Assembly: GCA_040876925.1 (NCBI GenBank)
Contig: JBBDOS010000004.1
Location: 37,330 to 101,329, forward strand
Length of the DNA: 64,000 bases
Reading direction: 5' to 3'
Source of the DNA: Candidatus Saccharimonadales bacterium
Lineage (GTDB): Bacteria > Patescibacteriota > Saccharimonadia > QS-5-54-17
Shown here: positions 10,187-19,710 of the stretch, one piece after another
Layout: each line of letters begins with the position of its first letter
How positions within the stretch are numbered: the first letter of the stretch is position 1
Notes under the pieces: generated by a model
Seen by the model: only the letters and a program-made list of their open reading frames with translations
What the model was told of the DNA's origin: nothing
Database searches by the model: none
Program-made: the position numbers and the translations under genes

Positions 10187-10999
10187 TTACTCCAGTACCT
10201 TAAATACCAAGATAAAGTTATCAGAGTATACTGCCTCTAACCTTTGTTTGATAGCCACCTTGGTAATACTTTGGCGTTGCTCTGGTAAAGCCTCTAAAAG
10301 CAGTAAACCTTCAACCTTAAGATTATTTCTAACTTGGCTTAATAATCTGAATATATGATCTAATCCGTCTTGATCAGAGAAAATAGCTTCTCCAGGCTCA
10401 AAGGCTACTTCTTCTGAACAGGGGTAGTCTTTGGGTATATAGGGTAAATTAGCGATAATGTAGTCCAGCTCACTAGTAATATTATCTAATAAGTCACTAT
10501 ATATAAATGATATATCTACTTGATTATCAGCAGCATTCTTCTCCGCAATTTCCAGAGCTTTATCTGATATATCACTAGCATATACTTCTATATCTGGTCG
10601 ATTCTTTTTGATAGCTATCGCTATAGCTCCACTGCCAGTACCCACATCTAATACCCTAGCTTTTTTAGGGGCATTATCTAAAACATATTCAACCAACTTT
10701 TCTGTTTCAGGACGTGGTGTCATTACATTTTCATCAACGAAGAAGCCAAGATCATAAAACTGCTTGTGATTTAAGATATAAGCTACCGGCTCAAAACTAC
10801 TTCTTCTAGATATAAGCTGGTTAAATTCACTTATCTGATTTTTATCTAAAATATCTTCAATGTCTTTGTCTTGATCTGCGAGTAGTTGAGCGCGATTTTT
10901 ACGAGAAACCTTCTCTAGTAGTATTAGTGCGTCTAATCGGGGGGTTGAAGATTTAGGTAGATCTTCAGTAGCTTGTTTTAAGATGTCTTTAACTGTCAC
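10187..10999 (-). CDS. prmC: release-factor glutamine N5-methyltransferase PrmC/HemK
   Basis: SAM motif I VLDVGTGSGAIAI and motif IV NLPYIP (NPPY class). Overlaps prfA by 4 nt, the classic prfA-prmC operon. Confidence 0.88.
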   Translation of the reverse strand: MTVKDILKQATEDLPKSSTPRLDALILLEKVSRKNRAQLLADQDKDIEDILDKNQISEFNQLISRRSSFEPVAYILNHKQFYDLGFFVDENVMTPRPETEKLVEYVLDNAPKKARVLDVGTGSGAIAIAIKKNRPDIEVYASDISDKALEIAEKNAADNQVDISFIYSDLLDNITSELDYIIANLPYIPKDYPCSEEVAFEPGEAIFSDQDGLDHIFRLLSQVRNNLKVEGLLLLEALPEQRQSITKVAIKQRLEAVYSDNFILVFKVLE

Positions 11000-12075
11000 G
11001 ATTGCTGTTTCTTAAGTTCTAAATCAGCAGACTTTAAGGCCTGAATTATTTCATCGATATTACCTTCCATAATCTTGGCTAAATCATGAGTAGTAAAGTT
11101 AATTCGGTGGTCGGTTAATCTATCTTGAGGGAAGTTATAGGTCCGTATTTTCTCTGATCTATCGCCAGAACCTATCTGATTTTTGCGTTGGTCAGCTCTG
11201 GATTTTTCTTCCTCTTCAATTTTCATAGCCAGTAAGCGAGAACGCAAGACACCTAGGGCTTTTTCTCGGTTCTTGTGCTGGCTTTTTTGGTCCTGGCAGC
11301 TAACTACCATCCCAGTTGGTATATGGGTAATACGTACTGCAGAATCGGTAGTGTTAACTGATTGCCCGCCTGGTCCAGAGGATCGGAAAACATCAACTCG
11401 TATATCAGACTCTTGGATCTCAATATCATGCTCCTCAGCCTCAGGCAATACCGCTACAGAGGCTGTAGAAGTATGCAGACGGCCGCTAGACTCTGTAGCG
11501 GGAACTCTTTGTACTCTATGAACACCTGATTCAAATTTAAGCTCACCATAAGCACCTTTGTGATCTATAGAGAAGCTAATTTCCTTAAACCCACCAGCAT
11601 CAGAATGGCTTTCATTGATTAGTTCTATTTTCCAGTTTTTCATTTCGCAGTATTTGATATACATACGATAAAGCTCACCAGCAAATAGGGAGGCTTCATC
11701 GCCACCAGCTCCTGCTCGGATCTCTACTACAGCTGCTTTATCATCATTAGGGTCTTTGGGTATTAGAGCTGCTTCCAACTTTATTTCATACTTATCTAAT
11801 TCAGCTTCAAGCTCAGCCAGCTCAGCTTCTGCTAGTTCGGCTAACTCCTCGTCATCCCCATCAACCATAGCCCTAGTACTATCAATACTGCTATTTAACT
11901 CATCTATCTGTTTAAAAATATCTAGTACTTCTCCTATATCACTATGTTTTTTAGCCACTTGTTGTCCTTCATCAGTGGTATAGATACTAGGATCTTCTAG
12001 CCTTTTGCTAAGAAGATCGTATTCAGCTTGTAGTTTGTCTCTCTTGTCTTCCATTAGTTTATAAGTATAACGCAT
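10996..12075 (-). CDS. prfA: peptide chain release factor 1
   Basis: GGQ motif (GPGGQSVNTTDSAVRITHIPTG) and the RF1-specific PAT tripeptide (RVPATE). Confidence 0.93.
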   Translation of the reverse strand: MRYTYKLMEDKRDKLQAEYDLLSKRLEDPSIYTTDEGQQVAKKHSDIGEVLDIFKQIDELNSSIDSTRAMVDGDDEELAELAEAELAELEAELDKYEIKLEAALIPKDPNDDKAAVVEIRAGAGGDEASLFAGELYRMYIKYCEMKNWKIELINESHSDAGGFKEISFSIDHKGAYGELKFESGVHRVQRVPATESSGRLHTSTASVAVLPEAEEHDIEIQESDIRVDVFRSSGPGGQSVNTTDSAVRITHIPTGMVVSCQDQKSQHKNREKALGVLRSRLLAMKIEEEEKSRADQRKNQIGSGDRSEKIRTYNFPQDRLTDHRINFTTHDLAKIMEGNIDEIIQALKSADLELKKQQS

Positions 12076-12168
12076 AAAACCTTCTAAGAGCAGCCACTCA
12101 GATAATCAAGGAACTATCTTAATGATTAGTAGCTATAAACAATCTAAGTTTATCTTAAGGGTTTATCT

Positions 12169-12486
12169 CTAGTTTTTTAGGTCTGCTAAGCTTTTTTTAG
12201 AGTTGGACTTCTTGCCGGTTTTCTTATTAGTATTGTCGCCTTGCTTTTTCGTAGCTTGCTTACTTTTGGATTTGGCTTTTTTACCAGCAGCAGCTTGTTT
12301 AGCGCGAAACCTATCAACACGCCCAGCTACATCAACTAATTTTTGCTTACCTGTATAAAATGGGTGGCAGTTAGAGCATATCTCTACCTCTATTTTGCTG
12401 GTTGTAGCACGAGTATTAAAGCTGTTACCACAACCATTGCAGGTGATGGTGGCATCAACATATTCTGGATGTATATCTTTCTTCAT
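12169..12486 (-). CDS. rpmE: 50S ribosomal protein L31 with about 40-aa Lys-rich C-terminal extension
   Basis: MKKDIHPEY..., CxxC...CxxCHPFYTG zinc ribbon, then a [13 protein letters not shown]... tail. Confidence 0.88.
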   Translation of the reverse strand: MKKDIHPEYVDATITCNGCGNSFNTRATTSKIEVEICSNCHPFYTGKQKLVDVAGRVDRFRAKQAAAGKKAKSKSKQATKKQGDNTNKKTGKKSNSKKSLADLKN

Positions 12487-12601
12487 GACAAACCACCATT
12501 ATATTACACAGCATGACATAGTCAATACGTAAATAAAATATCTTTGACATATTGTAATTTTTATGCTAATAATTAACAAAATATAAAAATAAGGCAAAAA
12601 C

Positions 12602-12988
12602 ATGTCGGTTGAACAAAATAATTATAATAATTCTGAAAAAAGAATAAATAAAACTAGAAATGCTCTAGCAGCAGGGGTCTTAGCGGTGGCTGCCTGGACC
12701 GGATTAGAGATTAGAAATGAACTATATGGTGATCCTCCCGAGCCGGTAAGTGTAGAAAGAGTGGAGGGTGATGATGGCGAAGTATACTATGCTGATGAAG
12801 AGGGTAATCAATATCAGAGTATTAGTACATGGCGAGCTGATCCAGATTCTCAACCGAAAACCCTAATAGGTGAAGGGGTACCTCAACGTCACGTCCAAGA
12901 CGTATTGCGGGATAACGGTCTAAAGTCAGTACCATCTGAAGCTAGGTCTTATTTAGTTAATGTTGAATATATGAATAGCAGTGACTAA
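12602..12988 (+). CDS. hypothetical protein (N-terminal TM/signal anchor, acidic)
   Basis: 128-aa ORF with an AT-rich promoter region upstream; no recognisable motif. Confidence 0.45.
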   Translation: MSVEQNNYNNSEKRINKTRNALAAGVLAVAAWTGLEIRNELYGDPPEPVSVERVEGDDGEVYYADEEGNQYQSISTWRADPDSQPKTLIGEGVPQRHVQDVLRDNGLKSVPSEARSYLVNVEYMNSSD

Positions 12989-13173
12989 GGAAGAATACTT
13001 TTTCATACTTGCGCTACAAGTAATCTATCTGTTAATCTAACTACATTACAAATTAATCAGCGTGGATTGATATCCTGACCTATTTGGCGATGGCTATAAT
13101 AGGTTAATTAGTTCGCGTGTCGCTTCAAGCTAAGCGTTAAAAGAAGCAACTTGAGGGAAAGGATAAATATAAG

Positions 13174-14037
13174 ATGAGTGATAAAGTAGATATTAAGACG
13201 TTACTAGAAGCAGGGGCTCACTTCGGCCATAAGACCAGTCGCTGGAACCCTAAGATGGAAAAGTATATACACAGTAAGAGAGGTGGTATACACATTATCA
13301 ATTTAGAGCAGACTAAGGATCAACTAGAGAAGTCTGCCAAGTTCCTAAATAGCGTAGCGGCTAGTGGCAAACAAGTGCTCTTTGTCGGCACAAAGAAGCA
13401 TATAGCACCAACAATTAAAGAAATAGCCGAAAAAGTAAACATGCCTTATGTAGTTGAACGCTGGATGGGCGGTATGTTAACTAACTTTGCTACTATGTCA
13501 GAGAGAATTAAGAGGCTAAAGCAGCTCAACGAAGAGCTTGAGTCCGGCGAGCTATCAGAGACCTATAATAAGCGTGAGATATTAGAGTTTAGCGAAGAAA
13601 GAGATAAGTTAGCTCAGGATTTTGGCGGTATTATGGAGATGGATGAAGCTCCAGCAGCTATTTTCATCAGCGATGTTATTATAGAGAAGACTGCAATTCG
13701 TGAAGCTAGGCGACTCAAGATTCCTATAGTAGCTATTGTAGATAGTAACGGTGATCCAACAGTAGTTGATTATCCTATACCAGCTAATGATGACGCCCTC
13801 AAGACTATAGAGTTAATCACATCCGTATTAGCAGATGCTATTGCTGAAGGGGTGGCAGAGTACAGCTCTAAACCACGACCCAAAGAAGCTGATAAAACAT
13901 CAAGTCTCAAGAAGGCTGATACCAAAACTGATAATAAAACAGTTAAACCTGCTACTAAGAAACCAGCCACAACTAAGGCTAGCAGCACTAAGCCAAAGAC
14001 TACAGACACTAAGTCTAGTAAAAAGGAGGATAAGTAG
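13174..14037 (+). CDS. rpsB: 30S ribosomal protein S2 with about 55-aa Lys/Thr-rich C-terminal extension
   Basis: LLEAGAHFGHKTSRWNPKM N-terminus is diagnostic for S2. Tail is KPRPKEADKTSSLKKADTK... Confidence 0.93.
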   Translation: MSDKVDIKTLLEAGAHFGHKTSRWNPKMEKYIHSKRGGIHIINLEQTKDQLEKSAKFLNSVAASGKQVLFVGTKKHIAPTIKEIAEKVNMPYVVERWMGGMLTNFATMSERIKRLKQLNEELESGELSETYNKREILEFSEERDKLAQDFGGIMEMDEAPAAIFISDVIIEKTAIREARRLKIPIVAIVDSNGDPTVVDYPIPANDDALKTIELITSVLADAIAEGVAEYSSKPRPKEADKTSSLKKADTKTDNKTVKPATKKPATTKASSTKPKTTDTKSSKKEDK

Positions 14038-14622
14038 ATGGCGATTACACCAGCAGATATCAAGAAACTCAGAGATCATACAGGAGCTGGCATGATGGAT
14101 GCCAAAGCTGCACTAGAAGAAGCTAAGGGTGATGAAACTAAAGCTATAGATGTACTTCGTAAAAAAGGTCAATCCAAGGCAGCCAAAAGGGCAGATCGCT
14201 CAGCTGATGCTGGGTTGATAGATTCCTATATACATATGGGTAGAGTAGGATCAATGGTGGAGATTAATTGTGAGACTGATTTTGTAGCTAAGACTGATGA
14301 GTTTAAAACATTTATTAAAGACGTCACCATGCAAATAGCAGCTACTAACCCTGAGTACCTAAGTAGTGATGATGTACCTAAAGAGGTTATTGACAAAGAA
14401 AAAGATATATACAGCTCAGAACTAAAAGATAAACCTAAAGATGTACAGGATAAGATTATATCTGGTAAGTTAGAGAAATTTTATGAGCAAGTATGTCTAT
14501 ATAATCAGCCATTCATTAAAGATTCTGATAAAACTATAGCTGCATATCAGACAGAATTAATTGCCAAGATGGGGGAAAATATCAAGATTAAACGCTTTGC
14601 TCGTATGGAGCTAGGTGAATAG
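14038..14622 (+). CDS. tsf: elongation factor Ts (short form)
   Basis: N-terminal UBA-like signature (ITPADIKKLRDHTGAGMMDAKAAL); directly follows rpsB. Confidence 0.9.
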   Translation: MAITPADIKKLRDHTGAGMMDAKAALEEAKGDETKAIDVLRKKGQSKAAKRADRSADAGLIDSYIHMGRVGSMVEINCETDFVAKTDEFKTFIKDVTMQIAATNPEYLSSDDVPKEVIDKEKDIYSSELKDKPKDVQDKIISGKLEKFYEQVCLYNQPFIKDSDKTIAAYQTELIAKMGENIKIKRFARMELGE

Positions 14623-14707
14623 ACGTAGTTTTTAGCACAATATATAGTATATTGGTAAAAGTAGTTTTTAATTTGAGAGGAAGCTAATTAGAGCTTAAAC
14701 TATAATT

Positions 14708-15256
14708 ATGGATAAGGATATAGCTAAAAAAATGGAAAGTGCTTTAGAGTACTTCAGCGAAGAGTTAAAGTCAGTTAGAAGCGGTAGAGCCAATGCAGCC
14801 CTAGTAGAGAATTTAGAAGTAGAGTGTTATGGCCAAAATATGGCTTTGAAGGCGGTGGCATCTATTACAACTCCCGATGGTAAAACTATCGTTATAGCTC
14901 CATGGGACATAAATAATACCCCGGCTGTAGAAAGAGCCATTAGAGATGATAAGAACCTAGACCTTAACCCTATAAGTGATGGTAAAGTAATACATATCCA
15001 ACTACCACCACCAACTGCTGAACGCAGGCAGCAGCTGGCTAAGCAGGTTAATGAGATAGCCGAAGAGGCCAATATAGCTATTAGAAATATTAGGCATGAG
15101 GCTTTGAAGAATTTGCAAAACCAACTAAAAGATAAAGAGATTAGTGAAGACGATTTCGAATCAGGCAAGAAAAACCTGGATAAGTTAATAGCTGATTTTA
15201 GTGATAAAATTGATGGTATTGCTGAGCACAAACGTAAAGAAATAGAAGAGATCTAA
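14708..15256 (+). CDS. frr: ribosome recycling factor
   Basis: 182 aa with RRF signature (LKSVRSGRANAALVENLEV...PPPTAERRQ). Confidence 0.92.
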   Translation: MDKDIAKKMESALEYFSEELKSVRSGRANAALVENLEVECYGQNMALKAVASITTPDGKTIVIAPWDINNTPAVERAIRDDKNLDLNPISDGKVIHIQLPPPTAERRQQLAKQVNEIAEEANIAIRNIRHEALKNLQNQLKDKEISEDDFESGKKNLDKLIADFSDKIDGIAEHKRKEIEEI

Positions 15257-15263
15257 GGAGGTA

Positions 15264-16046
15264 GTTATTTCAAATTTACCTAACCACGTAGTTGTTATAC
15301 CTGATGGTAATACTCGTTGGGCTAAAGCCAATAATCTAGCGGTATTTGCAGGCTATAGAGAGGGAGTGGAGCGGGGATTAGAGATTATGCAAAGATCTAG
15401 AGAAGTAGGCATTAATACTCTGACTTTTTGGGGTCTCTCTACCGAGAACTGGCGTAATCGTCCAGAAGGAGAGCTAGACTTTCTAGTTAGTCTATTTATC
15501 GAAATGATTGATAGATATGCAGAAGAAGCCAAAGAGCATCAAGTTAGAGTGCGTCATCTAGGCAATAAGAACAATTTGCCTAAGAAATTAATAGATAAGA
15601 TATATGAAGTAGTAGATCTTACTAAGGATTATCAAAAACATAACTTAAACCTGGCTCTAGATTATGGTGGGCAAGACGAAATTATTAGAGCCACTAAAGC
15701 TATTGTTAAAGATGTATCTAGCGGCAAGATAAGTGTAGACGATTTGTCCAAACCCATAGACTCTGGGGGCGACTCGCCCATACCTCAAACCATATATTCA
15801 CAGTATCTTGACAGTAAAGATCAGCCATATCCTTATCCTGATTTCATTATCCGCACTAGTGGGGAGGTGCGCACTAGTGGTTTTATGCCTTGGCAAAGCG
15901 TCTACTCAGAGTTGTTTTTTGAACCAGCTTTTTGGCCTGACTTTACAGCTGATAAGTTTGATCAAGCGCTAGAGGTGTATACTAAGAGGCAGCGTCGTTT
16001 TGGTGGTGGACACAATGAAGAAGACTCAAGTGAAGGAGCTAATTAA
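15264..16046 (+). CDS. uppS: undecaprenyl-diphosphate synthase (cis-prenyltransferase); start is non-canonical or unresolved
   Basis: Track ORF starts at ATG 15366, but the essential N-terminal motif (HVVVIPDGNTRWA, matching the UPPS P-loop) is encoded in-frame at 15285-15323. The in-frame stop is TAG at 15243-15245, and no ATG/GTG/TTG follows it before the motif; ATT at 15267 sits 5 nt after the GGAGG RBS at 15257-15261. The 5' coordinate is approximate. Confidence 0.75.
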   Translation, partial: VISNLPNHVVVIPDGNTRWAKANNLAVFAGYREGVERGLEIMQRSREVGINTLTFWGLSTENWRNRPEGELDFLVSLFIEMIDRYAEEAKEHQVRVRHLGNKNNLPKKLIDKIYEVVDLTKDYQKHNLNLALDYGGQDEIIRATKAIVKDVSSGKISVDDLSKPIDSGGDSPIPQTIYSQYLDSKDQPYPYPDFIIRTSGEVRTSGFMPWQSVYSELFFEPAFWPDFTADKFDQALEVYTKRQRRFGGGHNEEDSSEGAN

Positions 16047-16049
16047 GAA

Positions 16050-17120
16050 ATGATGATATTTTTAGGGGTTTTGTTTTTTGCGCTACTGATAATTGTTCAT
16101 GAATATGGGCATTACAAAGTTGCCAAGCGTAACGGTGTAGAGGTGGAGGAATTCGGCATAGGCTTCCCGCCTAGACTATTTTCAAAACAAGTTGGTGATA
16201 CGCTGTATTCTTTCAACCTGATTCCTTTGGGCGGATTCGTCAAACTTAAAGGCGAGTCTAATAGTTCTGAAGAACCGGGAGGATTTGGAGCTAGTTCCTT
16301 ATGGGTTAAGGCAAAAATATTGCTAGCTGGGGTCGGTATGAATGTCATATCAGCTATTGTTATTGTGGCTGTTCTGGCTTTAATTGGGTTGCCTAAGATA
16401 TTGCCAAACCAATTCTCTATAGAATCTAATGAGACTATAAGCAGCTCTTATGTAGTAGCTGCTCAAGTTGTAGAAGACTCTGCAGCTGATGAGGCCGGTA
16501 TTGTAAATGGCGACAGAATTTTGGCTATTGATGATACCGATATTACTTCTGCTGAAGAATTAAGTGACACGACAGCCTCACTTTCAGGAGAGACAGTTAA
16601 TATTAGATTATTACGCGACGAGCAAGAAACAGTAGTAAATGTTGTTCTGGGGAATGATCCAGATGAAGGTTATCTAGGAGTATTGCCGGTTGATCTAGAG
16701 TCATCTAGATATACTTGGGCAGCGCCAATTGTAGCTGTTGGATTAACTTTTCAAATGATAGGCATGGTGTTAATAGCTTTGTGGGACATTCTATCAGGTC
16801 TATTTACAGCTACAGGTGGTGAAGCTGTTGATCAATTAGTGGGGCCAGTGGGTATAGTTTTCCTACTACAGAATCTAGGAGAGTTAGGTTTGAGTTATTT
16901 GATGATTTTAATAGCTTCTATATCAGTATCTCTAGCAGTTTTTAACGCATTACCTATACCAGCCCTTGATGGCGGTAGACTTTTCTTAATTCTAGCTGCT
17001 AAATCTTTACGCAAGAATCTAACTGAGAAAGTTGAAAATGCTGTGCATGGTTTGGGGTTCATACTACTGATGGGGTTATTTATATTAATTACCTATGTGG
17101 ACGTTCAAAGGTTCTTTTAG
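16050..17120 (+). CDS. rseP: site-2 protease RseP-like (M50 zinc metalloprotease with PDZ)
   Basis: HEYGHY (HExxH) in TM1, a PDZ segment, and LDGG (ALDGGRLF) in the C-terminal TM. Confidence 0.88.
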   Translation: MMIFLGVLFFALLIIVHEYGHYKVAKRNGVEVEEFGIGFPPRLFSKQVGDTLYSFNLIPLGGFVKLKGESNSSEEPGGFGASSLWVKAKILLAGVGMNVISAIVIVAVLALIGLPKILPNQFSIESNETISSSYVVAAQVVEDSAADEAGIVNGDRILAIDDTDITSAEELSDTTASLSGETVNIRLLRDEQETVVNVVLGNDPDEGYLGVLPVDLESSRYTWAAPIVAVGLTFQMIGMVLIALWDILSGLFTATGGEAVDQLVGPVGIVFLLQNLGELGLSYLMILIASISVSLAVFNALPIPALDGGRLFLILAAKSLRKNLTEKVENAVHGLGFILLMGLFILITYVDVQRFF

Positions 17121-17162
17121 TAACCGCAGAGTTTTACAAAAGAATAAGGAGCAGCTATCAAG

Positions 17163-17933
17163 ATGCAGGATTATGACATGAAAGAGGAAGGACAGGAGAA
17201 AGAACTCATAGAAAAACCAGCCGTTAAGTGGAAGGCATTACCAGCTCTATTTATAGCAGCTCTAGCAATAATAGGCTCACAAATCGTCGGCTTATTTGGT
17301 GTAGCGGCATATATTCTTCTGGTAGATGGTGTTAGTTTCTCAACTGCCATCATCAATGCCGAAGAGCAGTTAATTTACTACTTCAGTAGCTATTTAATAG
17401 CTGAAGTATTAGCAGTAACAGCAGTCTATTTGTATGTTAGAAACAAAGGAGGATCTTGGCTAGATTTAGGCTTTAGGTCTTTTAACTGGCTTAAGGCTGT
17501 AGGCTGGATAGGAGTTTTCACAATAGGTTTTCTAGTTCTAGCTTCCGTGGCTGTTGGTATAGGGGAGGTATTACTTCCCGGTGTTGATTTTGATCAAGAA
17601 CAAGAAATTAGCTTTTTAGCAGCTAGAGATTCTCTAGAAATGATTCTAGCTTTTTTGGCACTGGTAGTAATTGCTCCTATTTCTGAAGAGACTATTTTTA
17701 GAGGTTTCCTACTACCAGCTTTTACTAAATCTATAGGGGTTATTTGGGCTGTTATTATGACATCAGCTCTATTTGGCCTATTGCATCCTCCAATAGGTGC
17801 AATGATAGTTATTAGTCTATTTGCAGTGTTTTTGGCTCTAGCTTATATTCGCTTAAACAGCATCTGGCCTGCTATAATTTTGCATAGTGGGAAAAACTTA
17901 GTAGCTTTTATGCTTATATTCGGAGTAATTTAA
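17163..17933 (+). CDS. CPBP family intramembrane metalloprotease (CAAX protease / Abi-like)
   Basis: EExxxR (EETIFRGFLL) and FxxxH (FGLLH) motifs in a polytopic membrane protein. Confidence 0.75.
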   Translation: MQDYDMKEEGQEKELIEKPAVKWKALPALFIAALAIIGSQIVGLFGVAAYILLVDGVSFSTAIINAEEQLIYYFSSYLIAEVLAVTAVYLYVRNKGGSWLDLGFRSFNWLKAVGWIGVFTIGFLVLASVAVGIGEVLLPGVDFDQEQEISFLAARDSLEMILAFLALVVIAPISEETIFRGFLLPAFTKSIGVIWAVIMTSALFGLLHPPIGAMIVISLFAVFLALAYIRLNSIWPAIILHSGKNLVAFMLIFGVI

Positions 17934-19625
17934 ATGAGATTATCGCAACTTTTCGCCAAACCATCCAAAAACGAAGGTTTGGACTATAAAATTGATTCAC
18001 ATCGCTTATTAACTCAGGCTGGCTTTATTCGTGAATCTACAGCTGGGCGCTACTATATGTTGCCTTTAGGTATTAAAGTTCATCAAAACATAGAAAAGAT
18101 TATTAGAGATCACATGAATAAGGCTGGAGCACAAGAGCTCATTATGCCTGTTTTGCACCCTATTGATTTATGGGAAGAAACTAATCGAACTACTACTACC
18201 GGGTTTGAGTTAATGAAAGTTGAAGATCGTCGTGGTGCAGAGTTTGCTTTAGGCGGTACTGCTGAGGAGATGGCAGTTGATCTGGTGCGTAAGTTTAATA
18301 TTAGTTATCGAGATTTGCCGTTTAATATCTACCAGTTTTCTATGAAGTTTAGAGACGAACTGCGAGCTAGAGGCGGACTACTTAGGGTGAGAGAATTTGT
18401 TATGAAAGATGCTTACAGTTTTAGTACCGAGGAGCAGTTCCAAGATATTTATGAGCAGATGTGGGATGCGTACATTAATATATTTGCCGACATGGATTTG
18501 AAAGTTGATGTAGCTGCTGCTGATAACGGCTATATAGGCGGTGAGTACTGCCACGAGTTTATAGTAGAATCAGAGGTTGGAGAGAGTAGGTATTTAGTTA
18601 ATAGTAAGACTGGTGAGGCTTGGCATGAAGATGTAGCTGTGCAAGAGCACGGGGATAAGAACACAAACGAAAAGGAAGCCAAACTAGAAGAAGTTGATGC
18701 TCCTAGAGGTAAAACCATGGAAGACGGAGCTAAACACCACAATTTACCAATGTGGCAGCAGATTAAAGATGTTTTGTATTTTGACGAAGCAACAGATAGA
18801 TATGTACTAGCCATAATCAGGGGTGATTTAGATGTTAATGAGGCTAAATTGACTCATGTAGCTAAGGCCTGGGATCTAAGGGCAGCTAGTGATGAGGAGA
18901 TTATTGATGACCTCAACTCTGCTCCCGGCTTTATATCTCCAGTTGGTTTTGTGAAAAAAGGTGTTAAAAGCGGTAAAGAAGCAGTAATGGTAGCAGATAA
19001 GAGCTTACGCAGTATTAGGAATGCTTATGGCGGGGCTAATAAGAAGGATAAAGATTTACTTAATATCAACATAGATAGAGACTATCAGCCAGATATTGAG
19101 GGTGATATAGCTATGGCTGAACCAAATGAAGCAATGATTGAGAAGAGGGGTATAGAGGTAGGTAATATATTCCAGCTAGGTTATCATTATTCAAATCTTA
19201 TGGATTCTGCTGAATATACTTCAAAAGAGGGCAAAAGAGAGAAGTATTACATGGGTTGTTACGGTATAGGTTTAGGGCGAACTATGGCGGCAATAGTTGA
19301 AACACATCAGGATGAAAAAGGCATCATATGGCCAGCTTCTATATCACCAGCTAGTTTACATATAGTAGCAATGCGCGGCGGAGAAGATCAGGCAGAAAAA
19401 CTATACGAGTCATTGGTTAGTAGCGGGGTTGAAGTGATTTATGATGATCGTGACTTATCTGCTGGAGCTAAATTAGCAGATGCTGATTTAATAGGTGTGC
19501 CGCTGCGGGCAATCTGTTCTGAGAAGACATCAAAGAAAGATGTTATAGAAGTTACTAGCCGCAGTGACGGCGACACTCAGATGCTAAAGGCTGATGAATT
19601 GTTAAATACCTTAAAGAATTCTTAA
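17934..19625 (+). CDS. proS: prolyl-tRNA synthetase
   Basis: 563 aa with class II aaRS motifs. N-terminal MRLSQLF..K...DSHRLL..AG and the C-terminal anticodon-binding region are typical of ProRS. Confidence 0.88.
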   Translation: MRLSQLFAKPSKNEGLDYKIDSHRLLTQAGFIRESTAGRYYMLPLGIKVHQNIEKIIRDHMNKAGAQELIMPVLHPIDLWEETNRTTTTGFELMKVEDRRGAEFALGGTAEEMAVDLVRKFNISYRDLPFNIYQFSMKFRDELRARGGLLRVREFVMKDAYSFSTEEQFQDIYEQMWDAYINIFADMDLKVDVAAADNGYIGGEYCHEFIVESEVGESRYLVNSKTGEAWHEDVAVQEHGDKNTNEKEAKLEEVDAPRGKTMEDGAKHHNLPMWQQIKDVLYFDEATDRYVLAIIRGDLDVNEAKLTHVAKAWDLRAASDEEIIDDLNSAPGFISPVGFVKKGVKSGKEAVMVADKSLRSIRNAYGGANKKDKDLLNINIDRDYQPDIEGDIAMAEPNEAMIEKRGIEVGNIFQLGYHYSNLMDSAEYTSKEGKREKYYMGCYGIGLGRTMAAIVETHQDEKGIIWPASISPASLHIVAMRGGEDQAEKLYESLVSSGVEVIYDDRDLSAGAKLADADLIGVPLRAICSEKTSKKDVIEVTSRSDGDTQMLKADELLNTLKNS

Positions 19626-19660
19626 ATAAGCTAAAAAAGTCTTGGTATTTTAGCTTATTT
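19624..19660. terminator. AT-rich hairpin after proS (13-bp perfect stems AAATAAGCTAAAA / TTTTAGCTTATTT, 11-nt loop)
   Basis: Inverted repeat seen directly, overlapping the proS stop. A flanking T-run on one strand and A-run on the other gives a possible bidirectional terminator. Confidence 0.5.
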
Positions 19661-19710
19661 AAAGCTCTCATGCTTCGTTTTAGGTCACAACTTAAGCTAC
19701 TATTAGTAGT

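Noticed and set aside
13066-13100. Candidate rpsB promoter (TTGATA ... TATAAT at 13095-13100).
   Set aside because: The -35/-10 spacing would be 21 nt, outside the functional range. The TATAAT may still be a -10 with a different -35, but this is unsupported.
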